Shown in pieces: positions 32,761 through 44,800 of a stretch of 64,000 nucleotides of DNA. The stretch spans positions 14,632,001-14,696,000 of the forward strand of contig JBHGNT010000009.1 of the NCBI GenBank assembly GCA_043228905.1. The letters run 5' to 3'. The position numbers were made by a program, and so were the translations under genes. This DNA comes from Azolla caroliniana (lineage: Eukaryota; Plantae; Polypodiophyta). The notes beneath the pieces were generated by a model. That model had not been told where the DNA came from. It saw only the letters and a program-made list of their open reading frames with translations, and ran no database searches. Numbering within the stretch: the first letter of the stretch is position 1; the number at the start of each line of letters is the position of its first letter.

Positions 32761-35700
32761 TTAAAGACGACGAGTGGAACGAGTCAGCGCTACTTGCGGA
32801 CCGGGTTTGTCCGGATACTTTCGGTGGAAATCAGCAAGAAGATCTTGTGCATTGGCAACATTCTCGACGGGTTCCCAAGTACGTTCACTCGGACTATAAC
32901 CGAGCCAATCGACCAAGTAATAGAGTTTGTTGCGAACAAGTTTGGAATCGAGGATGGCAGCAACTTCATACTCCGGGCCGGCGTCCAACTCCAGTGGGGG
33001 CGGCGGTGGTGTCACACGATCGGGAATGGTGTTTGCTTTATAAGGTTCAAGAAGAGAACAATGGAAAACCGGATGTATCTGAAGCTGCGGAGGGAGATCA
33101 AGGCGGAAGGTGACATCATTAATCTTCCCCGTAATACGGAAAGGACCGAGTCGTCGATAATCCAACTTGTCGCACGGTCGAGTAGTCTTGATGTGACGAC
33201 GTAAGAGCCATACTCGATCTCTGATGGCAAAAGAGGAGGGAATCCGATGACGATCCGCATAAGTCTTCTGTGTGTGTTGAGCATGACGAAGGTGAGTAGA
33301 GAGATCCATCTGGATCTTGCGTAGCCTCTCCAAATGATCCTCGGCACGAGGGTTGGTAGGTAGCTCCGGAGTGTCGATCACCGACCAGCGAGGATGGAAA
33401 CCGGTATAAGCGAAAAATGGGGAGACCCGAGTCGAGGAGTGAATAGCATTATTATACGCAAACTCCGCAAAGTGGAGAATCTCGGCCCAATCGTCCTGTT
33501 GATAACTCAGGAAACACCGGAGATATTGCTCCAGCGTTTGGTTTGTTCGTTCCGCCTGTCCGTCGGTTTGAGGATGGTAGCCGGAGGAGAGGTTGCAGGA
33601 GACCTTGAGCATCTTGAAGAGATGCCGCCAAAATTTGGAGACAAATTGCGGGCCTCGGTCACTGATAATACTGTCTGGGAGGCCATGATGCCGAAAAACC
33701 TCACGCATAACAAGAGCGGCGGTTTCCTCGCTAGTGATGGCTTTAGTACATGGCACAAAATGTGCCATCTTCGTATATCGATCGACGACGGTTAGGATAG
33801 CATCGAACCCTTTCGAGACCGGCAGATCTGTGATAAAATCAAGACAAATAGACTGCCATGGCTTACTTGGAATTGGTAAAGGTTCCAACAAGCCATATGG
33901 ATGGTGTCGTGGCATCTTTGCTCGGCAGCAAGCATCACAGGTCCGAACGTAGTCGTCGACAAAACGGCGCATGTGGGGCCACCAAAAAGATCGCTGCACT
34001 AGCTCCAACGTCTTAGTACCACCGAAATGTCCCGCCGTATGGGTGTCGTGACAATGTTGGACAATTTGAAGGCGACAGGAGCAATCGGGGACATATACGC
34101 GCTTTTTAAAGAATAACAAACCATCATGATATTCGAATTGTCGGTAGTCAATACCTGGTTGTTGAGACTGAGAACAGGATGCCCGAGAAGTATCAATGTG
34201 CGCCAGGATGTCTTGAGCAAAAGTATCCGTCTTCAAGGTTGCACGTATGTCATCGGTAATCCGTGAATCCATCGGGGTGTGAAAAATCCGCGTCGTGTGC
34301 AATCGTGTTGGTCCCAAGATTACTTGCTTTTGATTATCAAATGTTGCTTCACCAGGACGAGGTGCAAGATGTGAACGTCGTGATAGTGCATCTGCTTTTC
34401 CTTGCTGCTTCCCCGGTCGATATGTGATTTTGAAGTCGAAACGCGTGAGGAATTGCGCCCACCGAGCTTGCCGTCGATTTAGTACGCGAGCGTTCTGAAA
34501 ATAAGCAAGATTTTTATGATCGCTGAAGACAATGACCTGATGTGGAGAGCCCTCTAAGAAATGCCGCCATTGTACAAATGAATCCACGATGGCTAATAAC
34601 TCCTTGTCATGTATTTCGTAGTTGATTTCTGCGACATCGAATTTGCGCGAATGAAAAGCCACCGGATGCAACTCTTCTTTATCACCTTGTTGAGAAAGGA
34701 TGCTACCGAGGGCGAAATCTGATGCGTCGGCCTCCATGATGAATGGTTTGCTTGTATCCACATGAGCTAGAATCGGTGCTGATGTAAAGGCTTTCTTAAG
34801 ATGCCGAAAAGCCATATCTGCTTCAATGGACCAAAGAAATGCTTGGCCCTTCTTCGTAAGTTGTGTGAGAGGTAAAATAATCTTCGAGTAATCCTGTATA
34901 AACTTACGGTAGAAGTTAGCAAAACCTAGAAAACATTGTACATCTCGTACCGACCGTGGAATTTGCCACTCTAGTACAGTTTGGATCTTAGCTGGATCCA
35001 TGGCGATGCCCTTTGAGGAGATGACGTAGCCTAGAAACTCCACTTGCTTGCAGTCAAAGCTACATTTTTCTAGCTTGGCATAAAGACCATTCTCGCGGAG
35101 TCGCTTTAGTACTAATAGTACATGAGAGTCGTGCTCTTCCTGGGTCTTCGAATAAATCAACAGATCATCCAGATAAATGATCAAACAGATATCCAAGAGG
35201 TCTCTGAATATATCATTTGCCATGTGTTGGAAGACTGCGGGTGCATTGGTTAGGCCAAACGGCATAACAGTATACTCAAAATGCCCATACCGCGTGCGAA
35301 AAGCGGTCTTCCACTCATCTCCCGGTCGGATCCGCACGAGATTATACGCTCCGCGTAGGTCGATTTTAGTAAAAAACTTGGCACCATTAACTCGCTCTAA
35401 AAGACTTGATATAAGAGGAAGTGCATACCTATTCCGGATGGTGACTTTATTTAATCCGCGGTAATCAACGACAAGACGAAGTGAGCCATCTTTCTTCTTG
35501 ACAAAGAAGATGGGTGCACCGGCCGGAGATTTCGAATGACGGATGAACCCGCTTGCCAAGTTCTCCTCTATGTAGGCTCGAAGGACTTCTAACTCGGTGG
35601 GTGACAGGTTGTAAATTGGTCCCCATGGTGGCTCGGTTCCTGGTTGTAAATCGATGGGACAGTCATAGGGACGGTGATGAGGAAGGGTACCGGCTTTTAC

Positions 35701-36333
35701 CTTGTCAAATACATCGGCATAAGGATGATATTTTGCCGGAAGTTGTACTGAGGAGTCCTTCTTAATAGTGTTGGAAGGATGTACTGATATGGAAAATAGG
35801 AACATTGCCTCCTTGGGTCCTTCTTCGCGTAGTTGATGGAGTGAAATGGTCGAAACTCGGCGAGTTGATTCTTGGGGTGGTCGATATCGGACTTCTCTTG
35901 TTCTCCAATCTATGGCTGGATTATGTAACTCAAGCCAAGGTAATCCTAGGACAATGGGATGCTCTGGACTACTAATTATATTAAATGATATTATACACAC
36001 AAAACTACCTAGGACAACTTGAATGGGTTCTGATTCTTCTACAATATTCCCGGAAGCAATGGGACGACCATCAATGACCACTACAGATGCGGGACAAGGA
36101 AGTTTTCTTAAGGATATCTGAGAAGCTTGGGCAAAATTTCGATCCATGAAACAGGAATTAGCTCCGGAATCTAAAAGTGCTAGGACGGGTACTGGGGGAG
36201 TACTTTTAGTACTAACAATGACTTGGGCTAGGAACACATTGCTAACTTGCTTGGAAGGAATGGAACCACTAATGGGCTGTACAGATCTAGGGCTGCTGTC
36301 CAACCAAATGGCTCCTATTTTGGCTGGACTCAA
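32761..36333 (-). CDS. pol: Pol polyprotein (PR, RT, RNase H, integrase, chromodomain), probably reached by -1 frameshift from gag
   Basis: 1190 codons; LLDSGA; YLDD; DASDFALG; H..H..CDAC; SDRGPQF; GPF; YEVAAILDS..YLVDWLGY..TWEP; starts at TTG, not ATG. Confidence 0.97.
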   Translation of the reverse strand: MSPAKIGAIWLDSSPRSVQPISGSIPSKQVSNVFLAQVIVSTKSTPPVPVLALLDSGANSCFMDRNFAQASQISLRKLPCPASVVVIDGRPIASGNIVEESEPIQVVLGSFVCIISFNIISSPEHPIVLGLPWLELHNPAIDWRTREVRYRPPQESTRRVSTISLHQLREEGPKEAMFLFSISVHPSNTIKKDSSVQLPAKYHPYADVFDKVKAGTLPHHRPYDCPIDLQPGTEPPWGPIYNLSPTELEVLRAYIEENLASGFIRHSKSPAGAPIFFVKKKDGSLRLVVDYRGLNKVTIRNRYALPLISSLLERVNGAKFFTKIDLRGAYNLVRIRPGDEWKTAFRTRYGHFEYTVMPFGLTNAPAVFQHMANDIFRDLLDICLIIYLDDLLIYSKTQEEHDSHVLLVLKRLRENGLYAKLEKCSFDCKQVEFLGYVISSKGIAMDPAKIQTVLEWQIPRSVRDVQCFLGFANFYRKFIQDYSKIILPLTQLTKKGQAFLWSIEADMAFRHLKKAFTSAPILAHVDTSKPFIMEADASDFALGSILSQQGDKEELHPVAFHSRKFDVAEINYEIHDKELLAIVDSFVQWRHFLEGSPHQVIVFSDHKNLAYFQNARVLNRRQARWAQFLTRFDFKITYRPGKQQGKADALSRRSHLAPRPGEATFDNQKQVILGPTRLHTTRIFHTPMDSRITDDIRATLKTDTFAQDILAHIDTSRASCSQSQQPGIDYRQFEYHDGLLFFKKRVYVPDCSCRLQIVQHCHDTHTAGHFGGTKTLELVQRSFWWPHMRRFVDDYVRTCDACCRAKMPRHHPYGLLEPLPIPSKPWQSICLDFITDLPVSKGFDAILTVVDRYTKMAHFVPCTKAITSEETAALVMREVFRHHGLPDSIISDRGPQFVSKFWRHLFKMLKVSCNLSSGYHPQTDGQAERTNQTLEQYLRCFLSYQQDDWAEILHFAEFAYNNAIHSSTRVSPFFAYTGFHPRWSVIDTPELPTNPRAEDHLERLRKIQMDLSTHLRHAQHTQKTYADRHRIPSSFAIRDRVWLLRRHIKTTRPCDKLDYRRLGPFRITGKINDVTFRLDLPPQLQIHPVFHCSLLEPYKANTIPDRVTPPPPPLELDAGPEYEVAAILDSKLVRNKLYYLVDWLGYSPSERTWEPVENVANAQDLLADFHRKYPDKPGPQVALTRSTRRL

Positions 36334-37487
36334 TCGTTTAACTCTTCATCTAATTGACTAAGGATTTCAAATTTATTTGAGATACTTGGGCTATTAGTAC
36401 TATGAATACTATCTGACACTCTATTAGTACTATTACTACTATCAGACACTCCGAAGGGAAGAATTGACTCAGGTTTAGTACAGGCGACAATTTGATTTAC
36501 CTGTCTTCTTGGCCTATGGGGACAATTGATGGCGATATGTCCTGGTCCACCGCAATAAAGGCATAATCGATTGGCACGTCGTCGTTGCTTTTCTTCTTCC
36601 GATAACGGGCCGCGTCGACGCATGGTATCGATCTCCATCGGTGTCGAAGTATTTGCTTGAGGTATGTCTCGTGCAAACGGTTTAGCCGCGACTGCGGCGT
36701 AAGTGGGCTCTGGCCTAGAGCGTGGTATCTGTAATTGACGTTCTGAACGCCGTTCAAAAAGGCGGTTGTCACATCGAACTGCTCGACTGATTGCCTCCGT
36801 AAGAGACTTTGGTTCTTCGGGGAAAGTTAGAAGTAGATCTTTGACATCGTTTCGCAAGCCATAGCGAAACTGCTCCATTAGTGCTTGATCATCCCAGGGT
36901 ATATCTGAAGCAAGTAGGCGGAAATCCGCCGCGTAGGCAGAGGCTGGACGATCGCCTTGACGCAATCGCCGGATCTTGTTGATCGCCGTCCTGATGCTGT
37001 CGGTGTCTCCAAAGCAGGCTTTAAACTCACCAATAAAATCTTCAAAGTTATTAAGCAAGGGCGATTGTTTTTCTAGAAGCGGAGCGAACCATGCCAAGGC
37101 TGAGCCGCTAAGTAGCGTGCCTATTAGGCCGACTCGAGATGCATCAGTGGGATATCGGGAAGGATGCATCTGGATGACTAAGCGTACCTGATTAAGGAAT
37201 CCCCGAAATTGCGAACGCGTTCCATCAAATTTCACAGGAAGTCCAATCTTGGGCTCTTTATGAAATCCTTGGGGACTGGATCCTTGTTGTTGCAACGCTG
37301 CTTCGAGTTGTTGTACCCGTAACGCTAACTCCCCATGTTGTTGTTGCGTTTGTTGTTTTTCTAGAGCGATTTGTTGCAGATCCCCTATCAGCCGTTGGTT
37401 TTCTTGTTCCAAGGCAACAAACTTTTCTTTTAGGCACTGTAGCTCGGAGAAAACGGATTGGTATTCTTGGGCGCTAACAGTAGCCAT
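36330..37487 (-). CDS. gag: Gag (sushi/PEG10-like capsid with CCHC knuckle)
   Basis: 385 aa; N-terminal coiled coil; PVKFDG; LRQG major-homology-like region; CLYCGGPGHIAINC. Confidence 0.96.
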   Translation of the reverse strand: MATVSAQEYQSVFSELQCLKEKFVALEQENQRLIGDLQQIALEKQQTQQQHGELALRVQQLEAALQQQGSSPQGFHKEPKIGLPVKFDGTRSQFRGFLNQVRLVIQMHPSRYPTDASRVGLIGTLLSGSALAWFAPLLEKQSPLLNNFEDFIGEFKACFGDTDSIRTAINKIRRLRQGDRPASAYAADFRLLASDIPWDDQALMEQFRYGLRNDVKDLLLTFPEEPKSLTEAISRAVRCDNRLFERRSERQLQIPRSRPEPTYAAVAAKPFARDIPQANTSTPMEIDTMRRRGPLSEEEKQRRRANRLCLYCGGPGHIAINCPHRPRRQVNQIVACTKPESILPFGVSDSSNSTNRVSDSIHSTNSPSISNKFEILSQLDEELND

Positions 37488-37554
37488 AGTATAGGGGAAA
37501 GGGTAGGAAGATGAGGGAGAGTGACAAGTAGGCTAGAGGAAAATTGGTTCAAAC

Positions 37555-37996
37555 TGTCAGGAATAGTACTAAAACAGAGATGGAATTAGTACTAAGAAGA
37601 GTAGTACTATTAGTACTATTAGTACTAAGAGGACGGGACTGCGTAAGATTCCCGAGAGAGAGGAAGTGAGAAGAGGGGAGAGAGAGAGAGAGAAATAGGG
37701 TAATGACAGCAGCTCTTATATTATATGAAAGATAAGTACAAATCGACTAAGAGGCTTAAGACTGGTGTTGAACCAATTTGGTTCAACATAATGCTTAGTG
37801 CCTTCTTTTATAGTGTTCTCAGGAATAATCCTGAAGCTTCTAGAATGTTCCAGAGAAATCTGGAATATACATTACTTTCTTATAATAAAACATAAATGAA
37901 AATAATATTCTATGAATTACAATAGATGGTGAGATGGTTAAGAGCTCGACCCATATACCATAAGGTCATGGGTTCGAGTCTTGCCATCTCATGACA
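37555..37996 (-). repeat. 5' LTR of the intact chromovirus
   Basis: Direct repeat of 32308-32749; TATAAAA on the minus strand at 37806-37812. Confidence 0.97.
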
Positions 37997-40784
37997 GGAC
38001 CCCTCCCTTCCTTTTATAGAACAAGGAGAGGGATGCGTTACAATGTGGGATAAATCCCTTATTACATGGGATCCTCTGTGCCGAATTAACTATTGTCTGG
38101 TGCCATAATGGCACCCCTATCATTTACACAATTTGTACAAGGGTGAGTGCACATGATGCACCTTGCCCATTCTTCCGATATTCCCCGGTTTCTCACTATG
38201 GCCCGAAATCTTCACGTCCACCGGTATGTGCCATGTTCAAAGAAGGGTGAGAGATTCCGACCGGTGAGGAACCGGTCTTTTGTAATCCGCATTCCGGCTG
38301 CGCGTTGGCCTCGCTAGTCCGAACCGTCGGCTCCGATTCCTTCTCCGCGTTTGACTCCACGTAGGCTTGTTCGACCCGTCGATAGGTCATTCGACGCGAT
38401 CCCGCTGTGCGCGTGCTTCCCGTTGGCCCTTCTCTCGATCGCCTGCACACTTCCCGTTCCTCCGGATTATGCGGTGTCCTTCATTCAAGGAGCACCCATG
38501 ATGGCCCACTTAGCCTCTCGAGACCTTCGCACCATCTTGGTTGCCTTCCCTTGTCGTCCGTTGCCTTCGTCCCCTCGCCGCCACCTTCCTTCTCCTTGGT
38601 CTTACGTTGCCACGTTGGCTCGAACTGCCAAAGTCTTAGGACCCGGTGTGGATGATCCCTCTGCGGCCTTCTATGCGAGATCACCTGAACCGGCAACCAT
38701 CATTCGCGCATGTACTCCCGCTCTGACACCTCCGTGTGACGCGCATCCCCTCCTCGTTGTTTGGTACCGCTCGTGCCGAACTCCGATTACTTCCCATGAA
38801 CGCGTCGTCGGCCCTTGCCCGGCCAGATCATCCATTGACGCCTTTTTGCATGCTGGTATCCTCTGTGCCCGAGAATCACCCCGTAGTAGCCCGCTTGGCC
38901 CCTCTTCGTTGTGCGCTATCGTAGTCGGATCGGTGCCATCTCCTCGCCGTCGTCCCCTCGCCCCCGACAGCTCGTTTTCTCGGCCTGGCTGCCACACCAG
39001 TCATTGCCACTCCGATTGAGCCGACGATATCTCCGAAGCAGGTGTGGGGGATCCTTCTCCGACCTTTATACCGTTTCCGGCTACCGACCCGTGTAGTCTA
39101 CTCCGCGTCCGGTTCCCTCGTTCTTGGCATCATCGTGTGTCGTCCTCCGTCGTCCTTGTTCGGCACCACCTGTGTCGAACACTGTCCCGCGATCGTGCTT
39201 CGAACCGACCCTCGGTGGCCATATGCACGTCTCTTGTTCCGCTTTGGGTGCGCCATCCCAGCTCAGCACAACGCTTCTTTCGAAACCGTAATTGGCCAGT
39301 AAACGTTTGCCTCATTGTCCACTCTTCCGCGTTGCCGGGTCCCGTTTCCTGCCGCCACCGTCCTTCTCACTCGGTCTCACGCTGCCACATTGGCTTGAGC
39401 TGCCGGTGTCTTCAAATCGGTGTGAGGATCTTCGTGGGATCTCCCCCTTTGCCGTCTTCGGTTAACCGCCTTGCCGCCGTCACCGTTCTTCTCTCTAGGT
39501 CTCATGCCGGCTCTCTTTGCCGGCAACCAGAGTGTCTAGAATCCGTGTGTGTAAGGTCAAGGCAGCACCGCTTGCCGTTTCATCTCGCCGTAGTCCCAAC
39601 CTCCGCGTCAGCCTCTTTTGTTGGTCACGTTCACCTCCCGCCACCTTTCCCTCCTATAGGAGTCACGCCAGCACTGGGGCCGACCGCCGGATCAATGTGA
39701 GGATATCCGTAGACCGCCCTTCTGCAGTCCCTTGCCTTCGTCCCCTCGTTGCCACCATTCGTCACTCTAGGTCTCACGCCGACTGCCAGAGTCTCTAAAA
39801 CTGGTGTGAAGGATCCTCCTTGGGCTCGTCGTATCTCGGACCCTTATCCTGGGTCTCCTTTCTCCGCAAGTCGAGAGGGTGGCTCACTCCACACCCTCTC
39901 CCGTGGTACCGATGTACCGTGTTCCCGGCCTCGTCATAGGCCTGCTTTCTCCTCCCTTCCGGACCGGTTATTCGGAAGTCTGCTCCGCCCGGTTCTCGTC
40001 CGGGTCCGCCCGTCACTCTTTGGATTGCCGGGTCCCGTTCTCCTGCCACCACCGTTAGTATCTTGGTCTTACGTCGGATCCGATGCTGACCGTTGAAGTC
40101 TCTAGCCCGGTGTGAGGTGACCCATAGGACCAATCTTCGTTCTCCACTTCGTAGTCACCGGCCTCATCCATGGCCGTCCCTTTTCCGCAAAACGAGAGGG
40201 TCGCTTGCTCCACACCCTCTCCCACGTCGTCGTCGCATGCTCTTCCGGCCTCCCCGTAGGCCCCGTCCTCAGCGTGTAGGGAGGCGTATTCCTCCGCAAG
40301 TTGAAAAGGTGACTTGTTCGACACCTTCCCCATAACGGCACCATCGTACCTAACCCGGATCCCTACACGGCCTCATCATTATTCAACATCCGTCGAGAAG
40401 GCGGCTTCCTTCTCAACCTCTATTTGCCTCTTCGACCACCAATGCCCGTGCATCTCCGATAAATCCCTCGAAGGACCCCAAACTGTGACCTTCTTGAAGC
40501 TCTTTGCCCTCTTCATGCCATACAACTACCACCACTCGGCAAACACTTTAGCCTCGTTGCCTCTCGTACATCTCCGAGCATCGTGGGCTTGAAAATTTTT
40601 GGGACCCCATCCCCACTCCAATGGTCAACTTCTTCGACCGAACTCTCAACGGTTTCCAAACCGTTTCTCGTCCACCCTTCTTCCGTGTATGTTCATCCTC
40701 GTCTTCGACATTGCCTTCGCCACGAAGCCTTCTTCATCCACCTCCATTCTCCCTTGCCGCCTTTCACGTCGGGTTCACCAAAGA

Positions 40785-41810
40785 TGTCACGGTTTTTCCG
40801 CAGGTACGCGTAGGATCTTAGGCAGGACTGCAAGATTCCTTGAGCTTTGTGGGTTTTGGTCCGGAATCGGCTTCCAGCTCCAACAAATGTAGGGTTTCAC
40901 AAAACAAAACATGGTTCACCACGAATATGGACCCGACTCAAATATGTTACAAGGAAGGTAGATATACACCAACATGATATATATATTACAAGAGTTTTAC
41001 AACAAGACGGTTACATGCCCCGAATCCGGTGGCTATTACATATCCATAGGCCAACACATCAAGATGAGAATGGGGGACCGGTGAAGGCGAGTCAAGTGGG
41101 CCGCCGGGACCGCGCCATCCATTGTTGTCACGCCCCGAAGACGATGGAGAGTTCCCGTGCCACTTCACCCTCCCTTCTCGAACCGGCCGCCATGTGAAAC
41201 GCTCTCCATCGAGGAGAGGAAACTGAACCTCCATGTGCCGCCACCGGAATGCTGAAGAGCCGCTGTTGTAGAAACCCCAAACCAAACCAAACTCTCACAC
41301 GAAGAAGAGAGAGTAACACTCGAAACCCTAAACCGCATAAAGCCTAACTCGCACGAACTCTCACAAGAAGAAGAACCTAAAAGGAATACTAACTTCCACT
41401 GAAAAGAGTGAACCAAACCCAAAAGACAAAGAAGAAGAAAAGCCTAAATGAAACCCTAAATGAAATAGGGAGGAAGACCAAAGTAGAAACCCTAAGAGAA
41501 TAAGAGAAAGATGCAGACCAAGAACTACCAAACCCTAACTCTAACGGTATACCCTCCTAACTCCAAAATGGGCAACCCCTCAACAAGGGACCCCTCCCTT
41601 CCTTTTATAGAACAAGGAGAGGGATGCATTACAATGTGGGATAAATCCCTTATTACATGGGATCCTCTATCCCGAATTAACTATTGTCCGGTGCCATAAT
41701 GGCGCCCCTATCATTTACACAATTTGTACAAGGGTGAGTACACATGATGCACCCCGCTGATTCTTCCGATATTCCCCGGTTTCTCACTTTGGCCCGAAAT
41801 CTTCACGATA
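40785..41810 (-). repeat. 5' LTR of the Trp-primed element
   Basis: Direct repeat of 31474-32307 plus 38002-38217; PBS adjacent. Confidence 0.9.
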
Positions 41811-44800
41811 ACGAGAAGAAAGGAACGAAATGATAAGAGAAGAATGGGTGTATTAAGATAGAGAAAGAAAGAACATGGATACAATATATGTAATGAGAGC
41901 TAAAGATTGGTGTTGATTCGAATTGATTTGAGAATACATGTATGACCTTATTTATAGGTTCCCATACAATAGCTTAGAGATTTCTATAATGTTCTAGACA
42001 TTCTAGAATGATCTAGACTTTTTATAATAATCAATGTAATACGAAAAGTAGCTTTTATCCTTTCATATGACAATAAGCTAACTTAGTGGTTGAGGTTTTC
42101 AATTATGGATTACAAGGTTCGAGGTTCAAGTCCTGGTGACGCCATAATGGTCATGTGTTCATGACATTATCTCTCCTTTGAGAACACCTAGTGGAAGTCG
42201 GCGTTAACATTGTAGGGCCGGGTTTGTTTCAATAGTGGCGATGGAAGTCATCGACAAGAGCTTGAGCATTACAAATGCTATCCACATGTTCCCAAGTGCG
42301 ATCACTCGGAGGATAGCCAAGAAAATCAACTAGATAATAAAGCTTATTGCGCACAATATTAGAATCGAGAATAGTAGCTACCTCGTATTCGGGGTCGTCA
42401 ACCAGTTGGATAGAAGGTGGTGGTGGTACGACACGATTAGGAATTAAAGAGGTGTGGCAAGGTTCCAAAAGAGAGCTATGAAAGATTGGGTGAAGCCGCA
42501 TATGTGCAGGAAGGTTAAGACAAAATGTTGCATCATTAATCCACGCTGTGATGACAAAAGGACCTAAGCATTGATAATCGATCTTAGCACACTGGCGGGT
42601 AGTCTTGATGTGGCAACGAAGCAACCATACTCGGTCATCAACTTTAAAATGAGACTTAAGATGATGTCGATCGGCATTGGTCTTATGGTGTGCTTGCACT
42701 TTTTGAAGATGTGAAGAGAACTCAAACTGGATTTGTTGTAGTCAATGGAGGTGATGCACCGCACTAGGGTTTCGTGACACCTCAGGAAGATCTAGGATAC
42801 ACCATCGAGGGTGGTTGCCAATGTAGGCAAAGAAAGGTGTAACTTTGGTAGAAGAGTGTACCGTGTTGTTGTATGAAAACTCGACAAGATGTAAAATATT
42901 ACTCCAATCATATTGTTGATAACTGATGAAGCATTGAAGATACTTCTCGAGCGTTTGATTTGTGCGCTCTATTTGACTGTCAATTTGTGGATAATAAGCC
43001 GAAGAGAGTTTGCAGGAGATTTTGAGGCCTGCCCATAGGTGCTTCCAAAAGTGTGAGATAAATTGAGGACCTCGATTGCTAATAATATCATTTGGGAGAC
43101 CATGATGGCGAAACACCTCACGCATAATGAGATCTGCAGTTTCTTCATTACTAATGGTCTTTACACACAGTACAAAATGTGTCATCTTTGTGAACCAATC
43201 CACTACTGTTAAAATACTATCAAAGCCTTTAAAGGGTGGTAGATCCGTAATGAAAATAGACTGTCATGGCTTGCTGGGAGGTGGTAATGGTTATAGTAAG
43301 CCATAAGGATGATGCTTAGGGTTTTTGGCACGACAGCAGGTGTCACATGTGCGAACGTAATCTTCGACAAACTTTTGCAAGTGAGGCTACCAAAATGAAC
43401 ATTTCACCAGCTCAATGGTCTTCACAATACCAAAATGTCCAACCATGGGGGCATCATGACAATGTTCTAACACTTGAAGTCGGGGTGATCTGTCAGGGAC
43501 GTAAAGGAGATTCTTGTAGAAGAGTAAGCCATCTTGCCACTTGAAGTCCAGATAATGTTGAGATGACCCTTGCAATGTGGAGCAAGATGGACAACTTAAA
43601 CCAATGTGGGCTAAGACATCCTTAGCGAAATCATCAGAGTGAAGTTGGTGCCGAATAGTGTCAAGAAGGCTAGAATCAAGTGGCGTGGCATAAATTGTTG
43701 TTGCCTCTAGCTTTGATGGCCCGAGGAGAAACTGCTTTTGATTGTCGAAGGCCGGATCTCCAGGCCGAAGAACTAGATACAAACGCCGAGAAAAAGCATT
43801 TGCTTTCCCTTGTTGTTTTCTGGACCGAAAAATGATCTTGAAATCGAAAAGCACTAGAAATTGGGCCCACCGAGCTTGTCGTTTATTTAATACTCGAGTT
43901 GTTTGAAAATATGTAATTTTTTTGTGATCAGAAAGATATCCAGGAAATCCCGGAAAATGTCATTTGTCATATGTTGAAATACCGCAGGTGCATTTGTGAG
44001 CCCGAAAGGCATGACTGTATACTTGAAATGACCATACCGAGTACAAAATGCTGTTTTCCACTCCTCTCCCGATCGAATTCAAACAAGATTATATGCACCC
44101 CTTAGATCAATTTTGGTAAAATGCTTTGCCCCACCAATGCATTCTAAGAGACTGGAGATAAAAGGTAGAGCATACCTATTCCTTATGGTGACTTTATTTA
44201 AGCCTCGATAGTCCACGACCAAATGTAGGGAGCCGTCCTTTTTCTTCAAAGAAAAGATAGGAGCACTAGCTGGAGACATTGAATGTCGAATAAACCCATG
44301 TGCAAGATTTTCCTCAATATATTCTCGAAGAACCTCAAGCTCAGTGGGTGATAAATTGTAAATCGAACCCCATGGTGACTCTTTTCTTGGTTGGAGATCA
44401 ATAGGACAGTTGTATGACCGATGCTTTGGAAGAACACTAGCATAGTCGAAAACATCAGCATAGTCTTGATATTTTTTGGGAATTTGGATGTCTGAATTCC
44501 CTTGAGTGGCACTAGAAGGTGACACTGATACTGCAAATAAGAAAAGGTCTTCCTTGCCTCCCACTTGACGCAATTGTTGCAATGTGATGGCTGAAATTTG
44601 ATGGAAAGGAAATGGTGCATTGGTAGAACTATATTCTTCAAGAGAAGAATCATGAGTTCGATCCTTGGCAATGATATTTTCTGCTGAAGGGCACGAAATT
44701 TCTCATCTCCTCCAATCGATTCTAGGGTTATGTAGCTCGAACCATGGCAAACTGAGGACAATCGAATGCTCAGGACTACAGATTATGTTAAAGGAAACTA

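Larger units (their letters stand above)
32308..37996 (-). mobile_element. Complete, very young chromovirus (Tcn1/Tf1-sushi-like) LTR retrotransposon
   Basis: 442-bp LTRs with no difference seen by eye; TSD GGACC; empty site visible at about 41586-41600; intact gag and pol. Confidence 0.97.
31474..41810 (-). mobile_element. Trp-primed gypsy element, internally deleted (gag region only), two ~1-kb LTRs
   Basis: LTRs 31474-~38217 (split) and 40785-41810; PBS-Trp 40764-40780; 4-bp flanks ATGA/ACGA. Confidence 0.85.

Noticed and set aside
36390-36450. 30-bp tandem duplication in the gag C-terminus
   Set aside because: In-frame duplication in a low-complexity tail (VSDSSNSTNR/VSDSIHSTNS); no sign of a separate function
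38351-40100. Several 100-220 aa plus-strand ORFs
   Set aside because: Antisense shadows of the GC-rich degenerate gag region of the Trp-primed element
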